Assembly (NCBI GenBank): GCA_051047955.1
Contig: JBPGPT010000033.1
Span: forward strand, 1-64,000
DNA length: 64,000 nucleotides
Origin: Cystobasidiomycetes sp. EMM_F5
Lineage: Eukaryota
Direction: 5' to 3'
Shown here: piece after piece, positions 39,415-52,006 of the stretch
Position numbering within the stretch: position 1 is the first letter of the stretch
Layout: every line of letters starts with the position of its first letter
Notes under the pieces: model-generated
Seen by the model: only the letters and a program-made list of their open reading frames with translations
Told to the model about the DNA's origin: nothing
The model's database searches: none
Program-made: the position numbers and the translations under genes

Positions 39415-40140
39415 ATGATGTCGTCTGAGACTGCAGCTGGCGAACGCAACATGGAAAGTGTCGTGCAGCACCAATTCGCGGAGAACGAGCAGTATGGCAG
39501 CCAGTTGAGTCGCTTCTTCCACTTCTCAGCTTCATGGAATACCTAACCTTAGTGCAGTCTGACTAGGGAGGGATTGCAAGCCAAGCTGGATGCGGCTACG
39601 GAGAGAAAGGTACCCATCGCTTGCATGACCCCAATGCGCTTGCAAACGACGCTCATGCAATTCTTTCAGGCTGCTATCGATGCCAACCGTGCCGAGTTGG
39701 CTGGCCAGGAAGTAGCATTCGCAAGAGCCATCGCAGCGGAGAACAAGCATTCTGCCGATAGTGAAGCATCTCGCATCGAGCGCGAGGCACTTGAAACCAA
39801 GCTCGAAGCTGCAGCAGAGAGGAAGAAGGCACTCGACGAAGCTCGAAGCGCAAAGTGCCGCGAGGAGGTGGAACATGCGAAACGCGTCGCCGAACGCAAT
39901 AATCAAACGTCAGTCTCAAACGACAGGGATGAAGCTCTTCAACAGGATATGGAAGACCACGAGGCTAGAAGAGAAGCGCATCAGAAGGACAAGGCCATGA
40001 AAGCTGGCGAGGCTTACAGAAGGGTGCGTGGTATTGTCAATGCTCATGTTGCGGATGCCTGACTGGATGGATTTGGGATGTATCAGGTCCAAGAAGCTGC
40101 CAGTGAACGAGCAAAAGTGCCAGATGGTGGAGACATCTGA
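39415..40140 (+). CDS. Small coiled-coil hypothetical protein
   Basis: Ala/Glu/Arg-rich helical ORF 39574-40032 with GTGCGT donor, final exon VQEAASERAKVPDGGDI*. 5' exon uncertain. Confidence 0.45.
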
Positions 40141-40444
40141 GCGCAATGTGGATGGGGCGCAACTGGTAATTCCCTGAACACTGAACGGGTACTCGACGTG
40201 GTAAAGAGTCCCGGATCGCTTATACGAGCCGTAGGAGGATACTTGGACGATAGTGTGCGAGATGCTACGGCTCTGTTGTCGCAAATTCTCTGAATGAACA
40301 CCCAAGAAGCCTCGTTCCAAGTTGCCACTACTGTTGTCTCTGGTTTGGGTCAGTACTTCTCCAGACTGAAACTGGCTTGATTCCCGGTATCAATTGAACA
40401 ACCTGAAGCTCAAAGCTGAAGCAAGCACCAAAAGCAGCCGTGGT

Positions 40445-43400
40445 ATGCCACCTGGGCCGGCAGGCAGTAATAGCCATAGTCGACACTGGCGGAGGGGCAG
40501 CACTGGCAGCGAGCAGGGCATGAGCGACGAGCACGACGAGCACGACGACAGCAACGCCAGCTCCGTGACAGCAGATGTGCTGGACGGAGACGAGTATGGG
40601 CACACTCTCGACGAGAAGGACGACGATGGCAGCCTGACTGAGCGGACTCGACGGCTGCGACTAGCTCGAGCTGCGCTATTCAACCCGGATTACAGGATAG
40701 ACGACGCGAGGGCGCGCACGAGCTCAGCAAACGACAAGACGCCCACTGCGCGATGCTTCGAACCCGCTGCACTGCGACCGCCGCACCCGGAACGGTCGGC
40801 GTTATCCGCAGTATCAACAAACGAGCAGCCAGATCATATGCATCTCTACGGCTCTTTGGAGGCAGGTCGTAAGTGATACACACCATCGTCTGCGGCTGCT
40901 TGCTCAGAGCGTGCTGAGGTCGTCGTTTCCAGCTTCATCGCCGACGGTGTTGCCGAGCCCTTGGGACGCGCCCAAGTTCTCACACAGCCATGCTATCGAC
41001 GAATGGAGGCATGGGCAGCAGGGCAGTCAGCCAGATGATGACCTTGATATGAGTCAGTCCCATCTACACCATGTCCGCTCGAAGAGCCGGCCAAGCTTGC
41101 TCGCTTCAAGCAATTCGGTGACTTCTACATCGGACCGTATCGTCAAGCATTCCCGGCGGCGCTCACTGCATAGGGCCGACCATAGTCACGCTACGCATAT
41201 CAACGAACAAACTACGGCAGCTGCAAATAAGAATATCGTGAGACAGGTCGGTCGGAAATCGGCGCGCTTGTCTGGTTCATTCTCGATACCACCGATAAAC
41301 ACAAGCTTGTCGAGCGATACCGAAGACGGTATCCATCAACAACAATCTCCACATATGAATGCTAAAAGCGCAAGCCAATCCAGTAGCCCGACCTTTTTAC
41401 GGTCAGTTGGCCGCAGTCGAAACGGTCACGACTCTCAATACGATGGCCATGTTGGCAGTACAACATCATCAAGCGGGCCTAGTCGTCGTAGCTCTTGGCG
41501 CATGGAAGCATCATATGGGCCGAATGATGCACCCTCTCTAGAAGGCTCTGACAAAGTCCGCCTAAATGCGCAGTCGCGCATCCAGCACGCAGCCATTGAC
41601 AGCATGCAGCAAAAGCGTCACAGTCCGGCTGATGTCATGTCGCAACATTCACAGCTTCTCGCCTCCCGCTTGTCGGACTTGCAAACCGACTATGATGGCG
41701 GTGAATCTGCTGCCTCGTCCGCGCCAGACGTCTGTCCACCGGCTCAACTGCCAGGCAGTTCAGCTAAGGCTCATGAAACGCACGTCAACGGTGATGATGC
41801 CAGACCATTAGCAGCAGATGGCATCTCGCCATTGCTCTCCGCGAAAGATCGTTCCAGCCGGTCACTGTCCTCAGACGCAAATAGCCCGCAGATGCCGACC
41901 TACCCCTACGAAATGATGAGCAGTGCTGAAAGACTCACAAGTAGCTTGTCGAGCAGAAGCTCTTTGGCTCCGTCCGCAAACGGATTGGCACGGTCACTGT
42001 CCAATCGATCATCAGAGCAGTCTTACAGCGATACTGGACAAGAGTTTATATCGCGTGCTGCATTGCCAATGTCGCCAAAGAGTAGCGAGGCATACAAGAG
42101 TACAGTGAATGGTGATGCTTTCGCGCCTCGTTCACCATCGTTTGCAGGCCCATCGCGCAGCGGATCTCTTCGCAGGCGATCGTCAACGGGGCACAAACGA
42201 GATGTCAAACGCAATTTGCATTCTCCCGTGCAATCGCGCAGTCGCTCAGGCTCTCTTCGTAGTAGTAGCAAGAAGACCTTCGCGACTCATAACGCAAGCA
42301 ATAGCGACAACGGGCTCCGGCAGGACATGCAGAGCGACTCTCAAGTAGCTTATGCTCAAGCCGTGAACCCGATTGCACTGGCGAGTATGATCAAAGATGC
42401 TCGCAGGGCGCCCAGTAAGAACCAAAAGCTGCTGCTATTGGATCTGCGGCCGCTCCATGTGTACGCCGAGTCGGTCCAACCTCCCTCTGCGGGATGTCGC
42501 GTGCGGTCTTCCATCAACGTCAATTTTCCATCGCTTCTCATCAAGCGTCTTAAGAAAGGCAGCGTCACCTCTTTCACGCTTGAATCCTTCATTACAACCC
42601 AATTTGGCCATGATCTGTACCGGAGCATGTCAGCAAGCCATGCAGACATACTGTCTACCGCTATTCCAGGTGTGGACGTCTGTATCTTGGATGAGCATCT
42701 CTCGTCATCGGACTTCCAGAATGTATCGACTACTTCTTCGATTGGAGCAGTTTTGGTCTCCATCCTTCAGCGGAGACGGAGCGAGCTGGTAGCATCGCAG
42801 CATGCTTCCACGGCCCCGATGACCAGCGATGATCGTACCAGCCACGAGGGTCGTTTGCTCTATCTCGATGGAAGTATGCAGTCTCTGCTAAAGGCGCTGT
42901 CTGATCTAGATTCATCTCTGCTTGCCAGCGGTCCGGATGATGACGATCGATATTCACCTACGACCACTTTGAGGAGCTCGCAGTCTCTCAACATCATACC
43001 ACCATCTTCATCCTTCCAATCCGATCACCTTCCAACTCCAACATTATCGTCACTCAAGCAAACCCCACCGGAATCGACCTCCGAGCTTTCCCAAGCTAAA
43101 AAGCGGGGCAGGTCTCTTCCGCAATTGAATCTTGCGTCTCAAGCACCCACATCTACCTTGCAAGGGAGTCATCACCAACCTTCCCTTCCCGAAATGCCGT
43201 TCTCTCCATCTTGCGCGCCAACTCGCTATACTGCGCCCCCGCTTGCCGCAGGCAGCCCCATAAAGAAAGCCAAGCCTAAACTCCTGGCAAAACTAGACAC
43301 ATCGGATGCTATCAAGCATCCTGTGCGACCGAATGTGCCGTCTCTCAATCTCCCGAATCCTGCCAAGTTGGAGTCGGCACGACCTGTGTCACGGGCACCG

Positions 43401-44666
43401 ACACCCATTCGAACGACTTTTGGCGCACTGTCCGTCAAGCCGCGGAATCCTGCGTATAGTACCGACGAAGACGAGCCTAAGCCACCACCAACTCCGGGCT
43501 TCAGCAGAAGCTCGTTCGGGTTGCGCGACTCTAACCCTGCTACTCGTAACAATGTCGCCTTGCAGAACGATCAATATCCTTCTGACCCTCAGCCTGGAGC
43601 TGGTCCGAGCGTTTTTGGCAACGGAAACGGCGGGCAGATGACCTCCAACCCTGCCGCGCCAGCTACATTCGACGTATCCGTTATTATACCAGGCTTCCTC
43701 TACCTTGGCCCCGAGCTTGCCCGGGATACTGACGTGAAAGACTTGGAAGCGCTTGGTATCAAGCGCGTGCTGAACATGGCAATCGAATGTGACACTCAGC
43801 AGCGGTGGGCTGGCAGATTCGAGAAGATTGCCTGCATACCTATGCGTGACAGTCTGGCCGAGGTACACGTTCAAGAACGGATACGTGAAGCTTGCGTTTT
43901 ACTGGACGATGCAGATTTACACTCTAAGCCCACCTATGTACATTGCAAGGCTGGCAAAAGCCGCAGCGTTACAATTGTTCTCGCATTTCTAATTCATCGG
44001 TGAGTCTGGCAACCTGGCCTACGCGAACGCCTACTGAGTGCTCAACGATTTCATATTGACAGTAATCACTGGCCTCTGAAACGTGCCTACTCTTACGTAT
44101 CTGAACGCCGCAAGGGCGTGTCACCCAATATAGGATTCGTGGCAGAGCTCATGCGATTCGAGGAAAGTGAGCTAGGATCTCGCTCGCAAGGAGTATTGGG
44201 CACGGGCAACACGCCGCACGACAGCTCTCACGGCGGACGCAATGAGTACTTTCGTACGCATAGCAAAACGATATCAGATGCTTCAACGTCTTCAAGCATG
44301 TCTTCCGCAACCGGCGATACTGACGTATCATCGACATCGCCCCAGCGATCGCTTCGCAATCCATTCTCAGCCCGCAATACCAGCGGGAACGATGTCCAGT
44401 CTCCAGGAGCAAGCTATATCCCCGCTAGTCTGGAAGGCAGGCCGTCAATAGTTCGACATCTCAGCCTGATTGCAACGACGGCCATGAACCTAACAGCGGA
44501 CCAGGCGGCAAGCAAAGGTGTCAAGGAGGCGAAGCTGGCATCTCGCAATGCGCGCATTCGGGAAAGTCTACCGCCGAATGTCAGCTTGACTGGCTGGGTC
44601 ACCAGTGCCAACACCCCAACTAGTGGCTGTACCCCCATTGGAAGTCCTAGTCTCGCTAGAGGCTAG
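40445..44666 (+). CDS. Dual-specificity MAP kinase phosphatase (rhodanese + DSP domains)
   Basis: Rhodanese/KIM LLLDLRP and SINVNFPSLLIKRLKK. DSP IIPGFLYLG, VLNMAIEC, catalytic VHCKAGKSRS, SPNIGFVAELMRFE. Long Ser-rich N-terminus. Confidence 0.88.
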
Positions 44667-44961
44667 GGGAACACGTGGAAATTGCCGTACATGGACATTA
44701 TTCGCTATCAGTTCTTGAAAAGTGCAACGTTGTTACTGTATGCCTGTCCGGACACGTTGTTGTTGCCATAAACACAGCGCGTCCTTCTCGATTCTCCTAC
44801 ACATAGCTGTCACTGATTTGCGGAGATACAATCGCAAACGCGCCACAATTTGTGAGACACGATCTTGCCAGATCCATCGCTTTAGCTCTCATGGTTCTGT
44901 CGATACATCCTTCGGTGTTGGGATTCCCATTTCTTCAGCATACTTACAGTTGTGTGCCAGC

Positions 44962-45451
44962 ATGTCGTTTGAGCCGTCCCCATCAACATCATCGCTGGTC
45001 AAATTGACGCTGTTTGTACACCGAAAGGCCAACATGTCAGTCTCAGACTTCGAGCACTACTGGACCAACATCCATCCGCGTGCCCTTGGCGAGTTCAACG
45101 ACAAGATGGGGAAGCCGATTCGCCGATATGTTCAGTGCCATCGAAATCCCAAGATGCCCACGGAAGGTGCAAAGGTGATGGGGACCGAGATCTTTGGCAA
45201 GGAGAATCAACTCAACACCGGTTTCGAAGCCGTAGTTGAAGTGTGGTTCGATAGGTACATTCTGCTCGTGAGCCGGTACATGCACTGAATGCGAGGCTGA
45301 CGGACTTTACACAAACAGCGTGGAAGATATGCGGAGAACGTATGCTAGCCCGCTCTACAAGGAGATTGTCTCGCCGGACGAAGCAAGATTTGGTGCTGGT
45401 CCCATGCAATTCGTCGTGCAGCAAGAGGTTGTTCAATGGGACTTTACGTAG
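44962..45451 (+). CDS. EthD-domain (dimeric alpha+beta barrel) protein
   Basis: KLTLFVHRKANMSVSDFEHYWTNIHP, IRRYVQ, FEAVVEVWFD, then after an intron YKEIVSPDEARF. Confidence 0.82.
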
Positions 45452-45770
45452 CGGACCCCAAAGGCTGTGTATTCTCGCTTCCAGTTGCAAATGCGTCAAT
45501 GCAAGCCATTTGAAGCATCGCAGAAGGCCATTCACGTAATTTACGTAGCTCTTTATCGTTTGCCACATCGGCTTTACGCGGTCACCCAAGACATGCTTCA
45601 GGATCCACCTTTTGGCCCTCAATCAACCAGATAACTGACCTCGCCTTGCTGGATCTGACGACCGGAACATCAGAAGCATCGCAGCACGTACTGCTACCGA
45701 ACAGGTTACAACGACATTGCTTTCGGGTAACCTTGAGCCAATTGATCGGCCGACTATTGGCTCGGGAACG

Positions 45771-46856
45771 ATGGATCCATTGAGCCCGCAGGAGCGGGCA
45801 TTAGGGGATCCCATCACGACTGGCGTAACGCAAACCAACCAGCCTGCGGCCACGACGTCCTCTTCTTCCGTTTCGACAGGTACTCCGAGCTCCACGGCGC
45901 TCCCATACCCCATCTATGCTCTCCCCGCAGATAAAGGTCAAGTGGGTCTGCGTTATCTGAATCGAATCCTTAACGTTAGCTATTACTGAACCTCACATCG
46001 TCAGCTCTTGAATTGGGCAGCCATTGCAGTCGTTCTGGGTTTCGTACTCATCATCGTAGCGTGGCGACTTACGCACATGCGGCATCGTTCCTTGAAAGGA
46101 TTCTTCTTGCCGTACGGACTGCACATACACATGTTTGGAAGGGATATCATCAAAATTACACCTCCACCTGCTCCGCCCACCGGGACAGTCTTCATGTCTG
46201 ATCTGGAAGCGCAGCGGCAACAAGCTCGAAGGGCTAGGAGAGCCGAAGAACGATTCCAGCGTCGGAGAACTAGGGGAGACAATATTGGAGAAGGTGGACA
46301 GAGGGAAGATGGATTTGACAGTGCAGACGACGACGACAGGGCCGAGCGGGAGACACTCCCCGGTTACAAGGCAGATATTCGTGCACCCGTCTATCTCGAA
46401 GAATGGGCACCGGATACGGCACATCCTGCTATCGATCACGATGACGAGGACGTCGCGCATGCGTTGCGGGAGAGCGCTGCTGCTGCTGGCTCGACTCTGC
46501 CGATCAGCAGTACTCCAAACACTCCTGGTGCCGAGGAGCGCATGCTGTCGGTCGAAGAATATGAAGCGCGACAACGAGGCGAGGTCCTCCCTTCTGTAGA
46601 CATATCCCATCAGCCAGCACCGGCCGCCCCTCGGACTGCTCCGACGCCAGAGACCGCTACCAGGCCACAAACACCACCTCTCGCGCACATCCTGCATCGT
46701 CATTCACTGCGGCGGCCAGCGCCCTCACGTACGACGTCCGTCGACACAATGTCTCCTCCTCCAGACTACCGACCTTCCTCCCGGCCAGCTACACCGCACC
46801 GACATCCGCTTGCAGTGAGCAGTACTGGCTCCACATTGGATGAACGAAATGCTTGA
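45771..46856 (+). CDS. Single-pass membrane protein with Ser/Thr ectodomain and PY motifs
   Basis: T/S-rich exon 1, TM NWAAIAVVLGFVLIIVAW, cytosolic LPGY, APVY and PPPDY. Confidence 0.6.
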
Positions 46857-47074
46857 GTGTACAGAAACTCGCGCAATCATGTACATGCACTTTATGTAGC
46901 TATCGCAATATTCGAGAATGTTCAATTACGTGTCGTTCTCGTTGTCATATACGGCAGTTATCAAACTACAATTATACTCTACTCTCGTACTCGTCCTACA
47001 CTCGTCCTACAATGTCTTCAAAATAAACAAGCGCGACCAGCGCGCTGCTCTTGCACTAGAATTCAGTGTCCGTC

Positions 47075-47947
47075 TTAGAAATCTGCCTGCATGTCAAATA
47101 ACGGCAGTGAGCGCGTCTGAGTGAGGGGTTTCGACCGTGGCAGCGCTCTTGTCGGTCTTGACCTGTCGCATTGCATGGCAGACGTGTCGTCGTCGACGTC
47201 TGTTGTACTATCGTCGTCATCCTCCATCTCTTGATTAAACCTCTTGTGGTTGCGATGACTTGGCGTCGTCTGGAATGTTTGGCCGGTGCGTTGTTGGCTC
47301 TGCGCTGGCAGATCTGCCGACGCAGGTTTAAGAGAAAAGTCTTGGGCAGGAAGTTGGACATGGCTCGGAGAGAATGAGGCATCGATTTCCCCCTGCAGCC
47401 TTGCTCGCAGGGCCTGGCTCGCCGGAGATAGGTATTGAAGACTACCAGGACTGTCATTTGTTTCGCACATGGGCTGAAGACCGTGTTTCTGAGGAGACGA
47501 TACGGGCGTATGGAGGTATGTCCTTGCAATCACATCGCGACTCGTCTCGAATATGGGTTGTGACACTGTTTGACCGTAGGTGGAGATTGAGGATTCAGAG
47601 CGGCTTGCTCCGCTGGGGATGAGCAGAGACGCATAGGGCGGTGGGAGATGGTTGTGCATGTTCAGCAAGTTGTGCGATGTTGTATCTCATAACCGCTCAC
47701 AGAGGGGTCCTGGGCGTCCTATTGCTGCCGCACGAGACGGCTGCCGAAACAACAAACCTGTCGTCAGAAGTGTCGAGCAGCTCGTACTCTTCCACCACGC
47801 ACCCCATCGAATGTTGCGAGGCGAGTTTGCCAGCCTGTCGCGCAGTTCCGGGCTCGTCAGCTTTGCCATCTGACCGCGACAGTCCTCCGACTCTGGCGTG
47901 TAGGGCGCGACTGGCTCGGCATGATGGCGCTTTGTGGGCGTCTGCAT
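47075..47947 (-). CDS. Disordered protein, possibly Spd1/Dif1-like (RNR-inhibitor-like)
   Basis: Three exons splice to ..ELRDRLANSPRNIRWAVSCG..PIFETSRDVI..RPTRALP..TRSLPLF. The first block loosely resembles the Spd1 motif VGMRVRKS..GY. Confidence 0.45.
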
Positions 47948-48088
47948 GGGTGCGCTGGGCGGCGACTGGCTCGACCAACAAGAGAGTAGGTCACTCAGTC
48001 ACGCAGCTCGTTCAGTCTCAAGACTACGCGTAAAGAAACGATAATCAATCGAGATGTAAAGGTCGCGTTTAATTATCCTACGTTAACG

Positions 48089-49260
48089 ATGAGCACGCAG
48101 GATGTGCTGCCAAAGGAAAGGCGGAGACACGCAGAGAGCGAGCAGCCAATAGACTGATGACTAATCGCATATAGGACAATGCCGGGTATCAGAGCAAGGA
48201 ATACTGGTGGGGTTGCTAAAAAGTGCGTTGGATGGCATCCCGACCTGACAACTAAAGTGCAGGGACGAACGATATGCCAAGCGAGTGACGGGTTGACCCT
48301 CTGACGTGCTCGCCTTGGCTGATGGATGTGCAGGGAAGATACATTTGATTGGTTCCGCAAGTACTCCGACGTCGCGAATGAGCTCCGCCAGTACATACTC
48401 AATAAGAATGCCAGCATTCTGATGCTAGGCTGTGTATGTGCATCCCGTCGCGCGGTCGGCACAGGCTGATTGACTCATCTCAGGGAAATTCCAGTAAGAT
48501 GTGGAGTGGACCCTTTACGCGCTAATTGCAAGGGCTCATTCGCTCACAGCTCTTAGCCAAGACATGTACACAGACGGCTACAAAAATATCGTAAACATCG
48601 ACTATTCGGGCGTTTGTATCGAAAAGATGCAAAGCAAACACCCTCACATGACGTGTGAGAGAGAAACAAGCACTCGAGAAGCGCAGAAAGGCTCATTCAC
48701 CATCTCAGGGATAGAGGGTGATGTGCGGCACCTTCCGCTAGAGTCAGCCTCGTTCGACGTAGCCATTGACAAGGGCACGATGGATGCCTTCATGACTGCA
48801 AAAGGCGATGTTTGGGCAGGTCACGCTAAAATCGTTAAACTTTGCTCTGTTCTGACGCTCACAACACTTCAGGACCCTCCTCAAGAGATTGTACAGAGCT
48901 GTAACCAAGAAGTTGACGAAGCTATCAGGTATTTTCACGGCGTTTCCGCGGCGCGAGGTCCAGATTGAGGCTACACCGTGCAGAGTATTGAAACCCGATG
49001 GCATGTTCCTCATTATCACCTTTGGTCGTGAGCTACATTTCCCTTTGCCGTTGACGCTGTTGAAGCTGAGGCTTCTGTGTACTTCCAACAGAACCGCACT
49101 TCAGGAAACGATACTTCACTCGGCCGAATACGACGCTACAAGTCATTGGTGCGCATCTGTTTGCGCCGATAAATCAAGATCTGCTGATTGTCCTGATGAT
49201 TAAGAGCTCAAGACGCAAGGCTTCTCATATTTCTTGTATGTCGTAACAAAGGTGCCATGA
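48089..49260 (+). CDS. SAM-dependent protein-lysine methyltransferase (EEF1AKMT4/METTL13-N-like)
   Basis: Spliced YQSKEYWDERY, FDWF, ILMLGCGNS, IVNIDYS, FDVAIDKGTMDA, RVLKPDG, ITFGQPHFRKRY. About 9 introns. Confidence 0.88.
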
Positions 49261-49295
49261 GGACCTTGAGCCAGACGCGACATACTGTACCGCAG

Positions 49296-51954
49296 CTATA
49301 GCACCTCTTCAGTGGCTAGCCCGCGCCAAATCGACTGCTCTACTTCTCTGAGCGTCTCGGGCGGAGTGGTCAGGCTGCTCATCCAGTAGACGGTATTGCC
49401 CAACGGTCTAGCGTGGATAGCAAGGGTACCCGCAGACGTTGGATGCCGAAGCTGCTTCAACAAGAAGGTAGAAGCTGTTGACTGATATCCTGTTGTTGTA
49501 GCATACGATTTCATGCGCTTAGCACCGTACCACGAAGACCTGCAATCTGTGTAAGACTTACCGGAGTTTTCGCCATCGCGCAGGTAAACGACCAGAACTG
49601 TTCCCAGAGCCATCGCCCCGTCGACTCCCGGCAGTCCTGATACCTTGTCGACAAAGTTCTTGCTCCACAAACTGAATGGCGCTATACTACGTGCTTTGTC
49701 ACTTTCGCCACTTTGATTCACAGGTGAGGACCATGCAGCCTTGGCTTCGTTCCAAGCAGGATCTGCAATATCGTGCTTTGATAGCATGGCCAGTGTCTTG
49801 TTGGCCACGGCACAGCCGATCGGATGAGCAGTATACGAATGGCCGTGCAGTAGCGCTTCTGACTTTTGTTCGCCGAGGTAACTCCTGAAGATATCTTCGC
49901 TCGCTAGAGTGACAGACATTGGTACCAGACCGCCAGTCAGTATTTTGGCAAAGCAGGCAATGTCGGGTTTTACGCCGAGCAGAGACGAAGCTCTCAAGCG
50001 TCCCAGACGATGTAAGCCGGCAAAGACCTCGTCAAAGATGACGGGTAATCCGAGCTCCGCCCTAGCATAGTCTACCAGTATGCGCTGGAAGAGTGGGTCT
50101 ACAAAAGCCATTCCCCCTGCGCCCATAAGGACTGGTTCCAGCACCAGAGATCCAAACAAGAAGCCATGCCGATCTTGCACTCCTGACAGCTGCTGCTCGA
50201 TGTGATTGCGATATAGACCTGCCAAAGGGTCTCTTCGATCTATGCGACCGTCTACGTCGTATACTTCTTGCAGTGAATTGAGCTTGACGGGCGGTAAAAG
50301 CTGATTGTTACCCTCCCACTGCTCGCCGTCCATTCTGATGACTGCTTCCCCTTGTTCTATCCGAACAGTCGGCGGTTCCAGCCAGAAGCCTCTGCCTCTA
50401 TACCATTCAACGGATCGGCTGTATACGCTCGGTTCGCTTGCATCCATGGCGCCTATAGTGTCGCCGTGATAACTCCCCTTGAGTCCGAGGATCCCAAATT
50501 CGATCTTGGCATCGCTTGCAGCTGCAGAAGGTTTCGAAGCCCGATACTCCTTGGCAGCCTTGTGTAGACCCATCTTGATAGCAACTTCCATGCCGGTAGA
50601 GCCGTCATCGCTGAAAAAGGCTCGTGACGCCCAACCTCGGCCTACACTGCTGATCAGGGACTCGGCCAGCTCCAGTGCGGGTTTTTGCGCAGCCTGGGGG
50701 AATATGACGTGTCCGTACTGACCAGCAGCATTCGCAGCAGCCAAGTTGATATCGGGATTGGCGTGCCCGAAACACTGTGTCCACCAGGAGGCCGAACCAT
50801 CGAAAGTCGGCACGAGCGAAGAACTTTCTCCCCCAATCCTACGTCCCTGCGTCGTTTCTGCCGTTTCATGCGAGTAAACTTCAAAAGTGTCGCCATGCGC
50901 GCTGTCTATCACCATGACATCGCTGTCTCCTGTGACATGAGCGTGCTGCACAAAAGGCCACCAGAACGTACTGCGAGCTCGAGCCGCTGTGGTTGACAAA
51001 TCTTTCCATCGTTCCTGATGTCTTTGCCGTAGTCTTCGGATGACGTTTCGAATGGATAGCTCCGGTCTATCGCTCGTTACGCCAATATCGTCATAATATA
51101 CGAGCATGTTGGTCATGTCGGTCATGCGATCCTTGTCGCTGACTGGAGGTAGTCGCATCACACCGAGCGGTATGCCCCTTTCTGCAGACCAAGCTTCAAA
51201 GTATCGCCAGTTCTCGTAGTGATTGTCTTCGAAGCATAGTAGCGCTTCTACGTCGTAGCCTCGTATTCGCAAGGATTCGTATGCAGAGATGGTAGTCGAA
51301 ATACCACCCAAATGCGGCGAAGCGACCAGTATGGTGGGCATACGCAGTGGTCGGTATGCATCTGCCTGACTCTTGCCAGACAGTGTTGGGCTGTGTACGC
51401 CTGAGGAATGGTTTCAGTATGCCAATTAGCATAGAGTCTACCCGACTGACCCCCTGCCGTTTCCACAATCAGACTAGCAACTGCCCTGGGCAGGAGTGCT
51501 TTGCCGATAGATTCTGCCAGCTTTCGTATACCTTGAACTACGACTGGATCAGAAGGGACCTGATACTGTAACGATATGCTCGTCAATCCTTCCGCCTCGC
51601 AGCAGGGACAAACCTCGAAAAACGTACGTCTACATCTTGCTTCTTGGCTCGCTGGGCAGCCAGATGAGGACTGACGGGTTCGTTGAAGTAGTGTAAACAC
51701 GAGGTGGACGTCTTGTTTGCAAAGGTCGAGACGTGCCTGTAGCGGAGCCCAGAGTCACCACCCAACCCTCCGCGCACGCTCAAAAGTCCACTCTACCAGT
51801 CATCGCCCTGGCCCCCGGTGCCCACGGGCTTCAGATAATGCGAAACTTCGCCCAGCTCATGCGATGCCCGGCATAGCGCAGTCGTAAAGACGGTCTTGCC
51901 GACTTCGGTGTTTGCGCCAAAGACCTGGTGTACGCGCAGATTGCGGAAGAGCAT
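49296..51954 (-). CDS. bioDA: Bifunctional dethiobiotin synthetase / DAPA aminotransferase
   Basis: DTBS P-loop VFGANTEVGKT, YLKPV, SPHLAA, IVETAGG, LGGISTT. DAPA-AT WWPFVQH, FDGSASWWT, DDGSTGMEVAIK, YHGDT, FDEVF, AKILTGG, HGHSYTAH, RPLGN. Confidence 0.95.
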
Positions 51955-52006
51955 GCATGCGGTGCAGATTGCAGAAGTCGGATATTGGAGTGTTTGCAAT
52001 CATGTA

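Noticed and set aside
48089..49260. Methyltransferase next to bioDA as a BioC-like malonyl-ACP methyltransferase feeding FAS-derived pimelate
   Set aside because: Motifs (EYWDERY, FDWF, DKGTMDA, ITFGQPHFR) are those of EEF1AKMT4-type protein methyltransferases. No BioH-like esterase is in the window.
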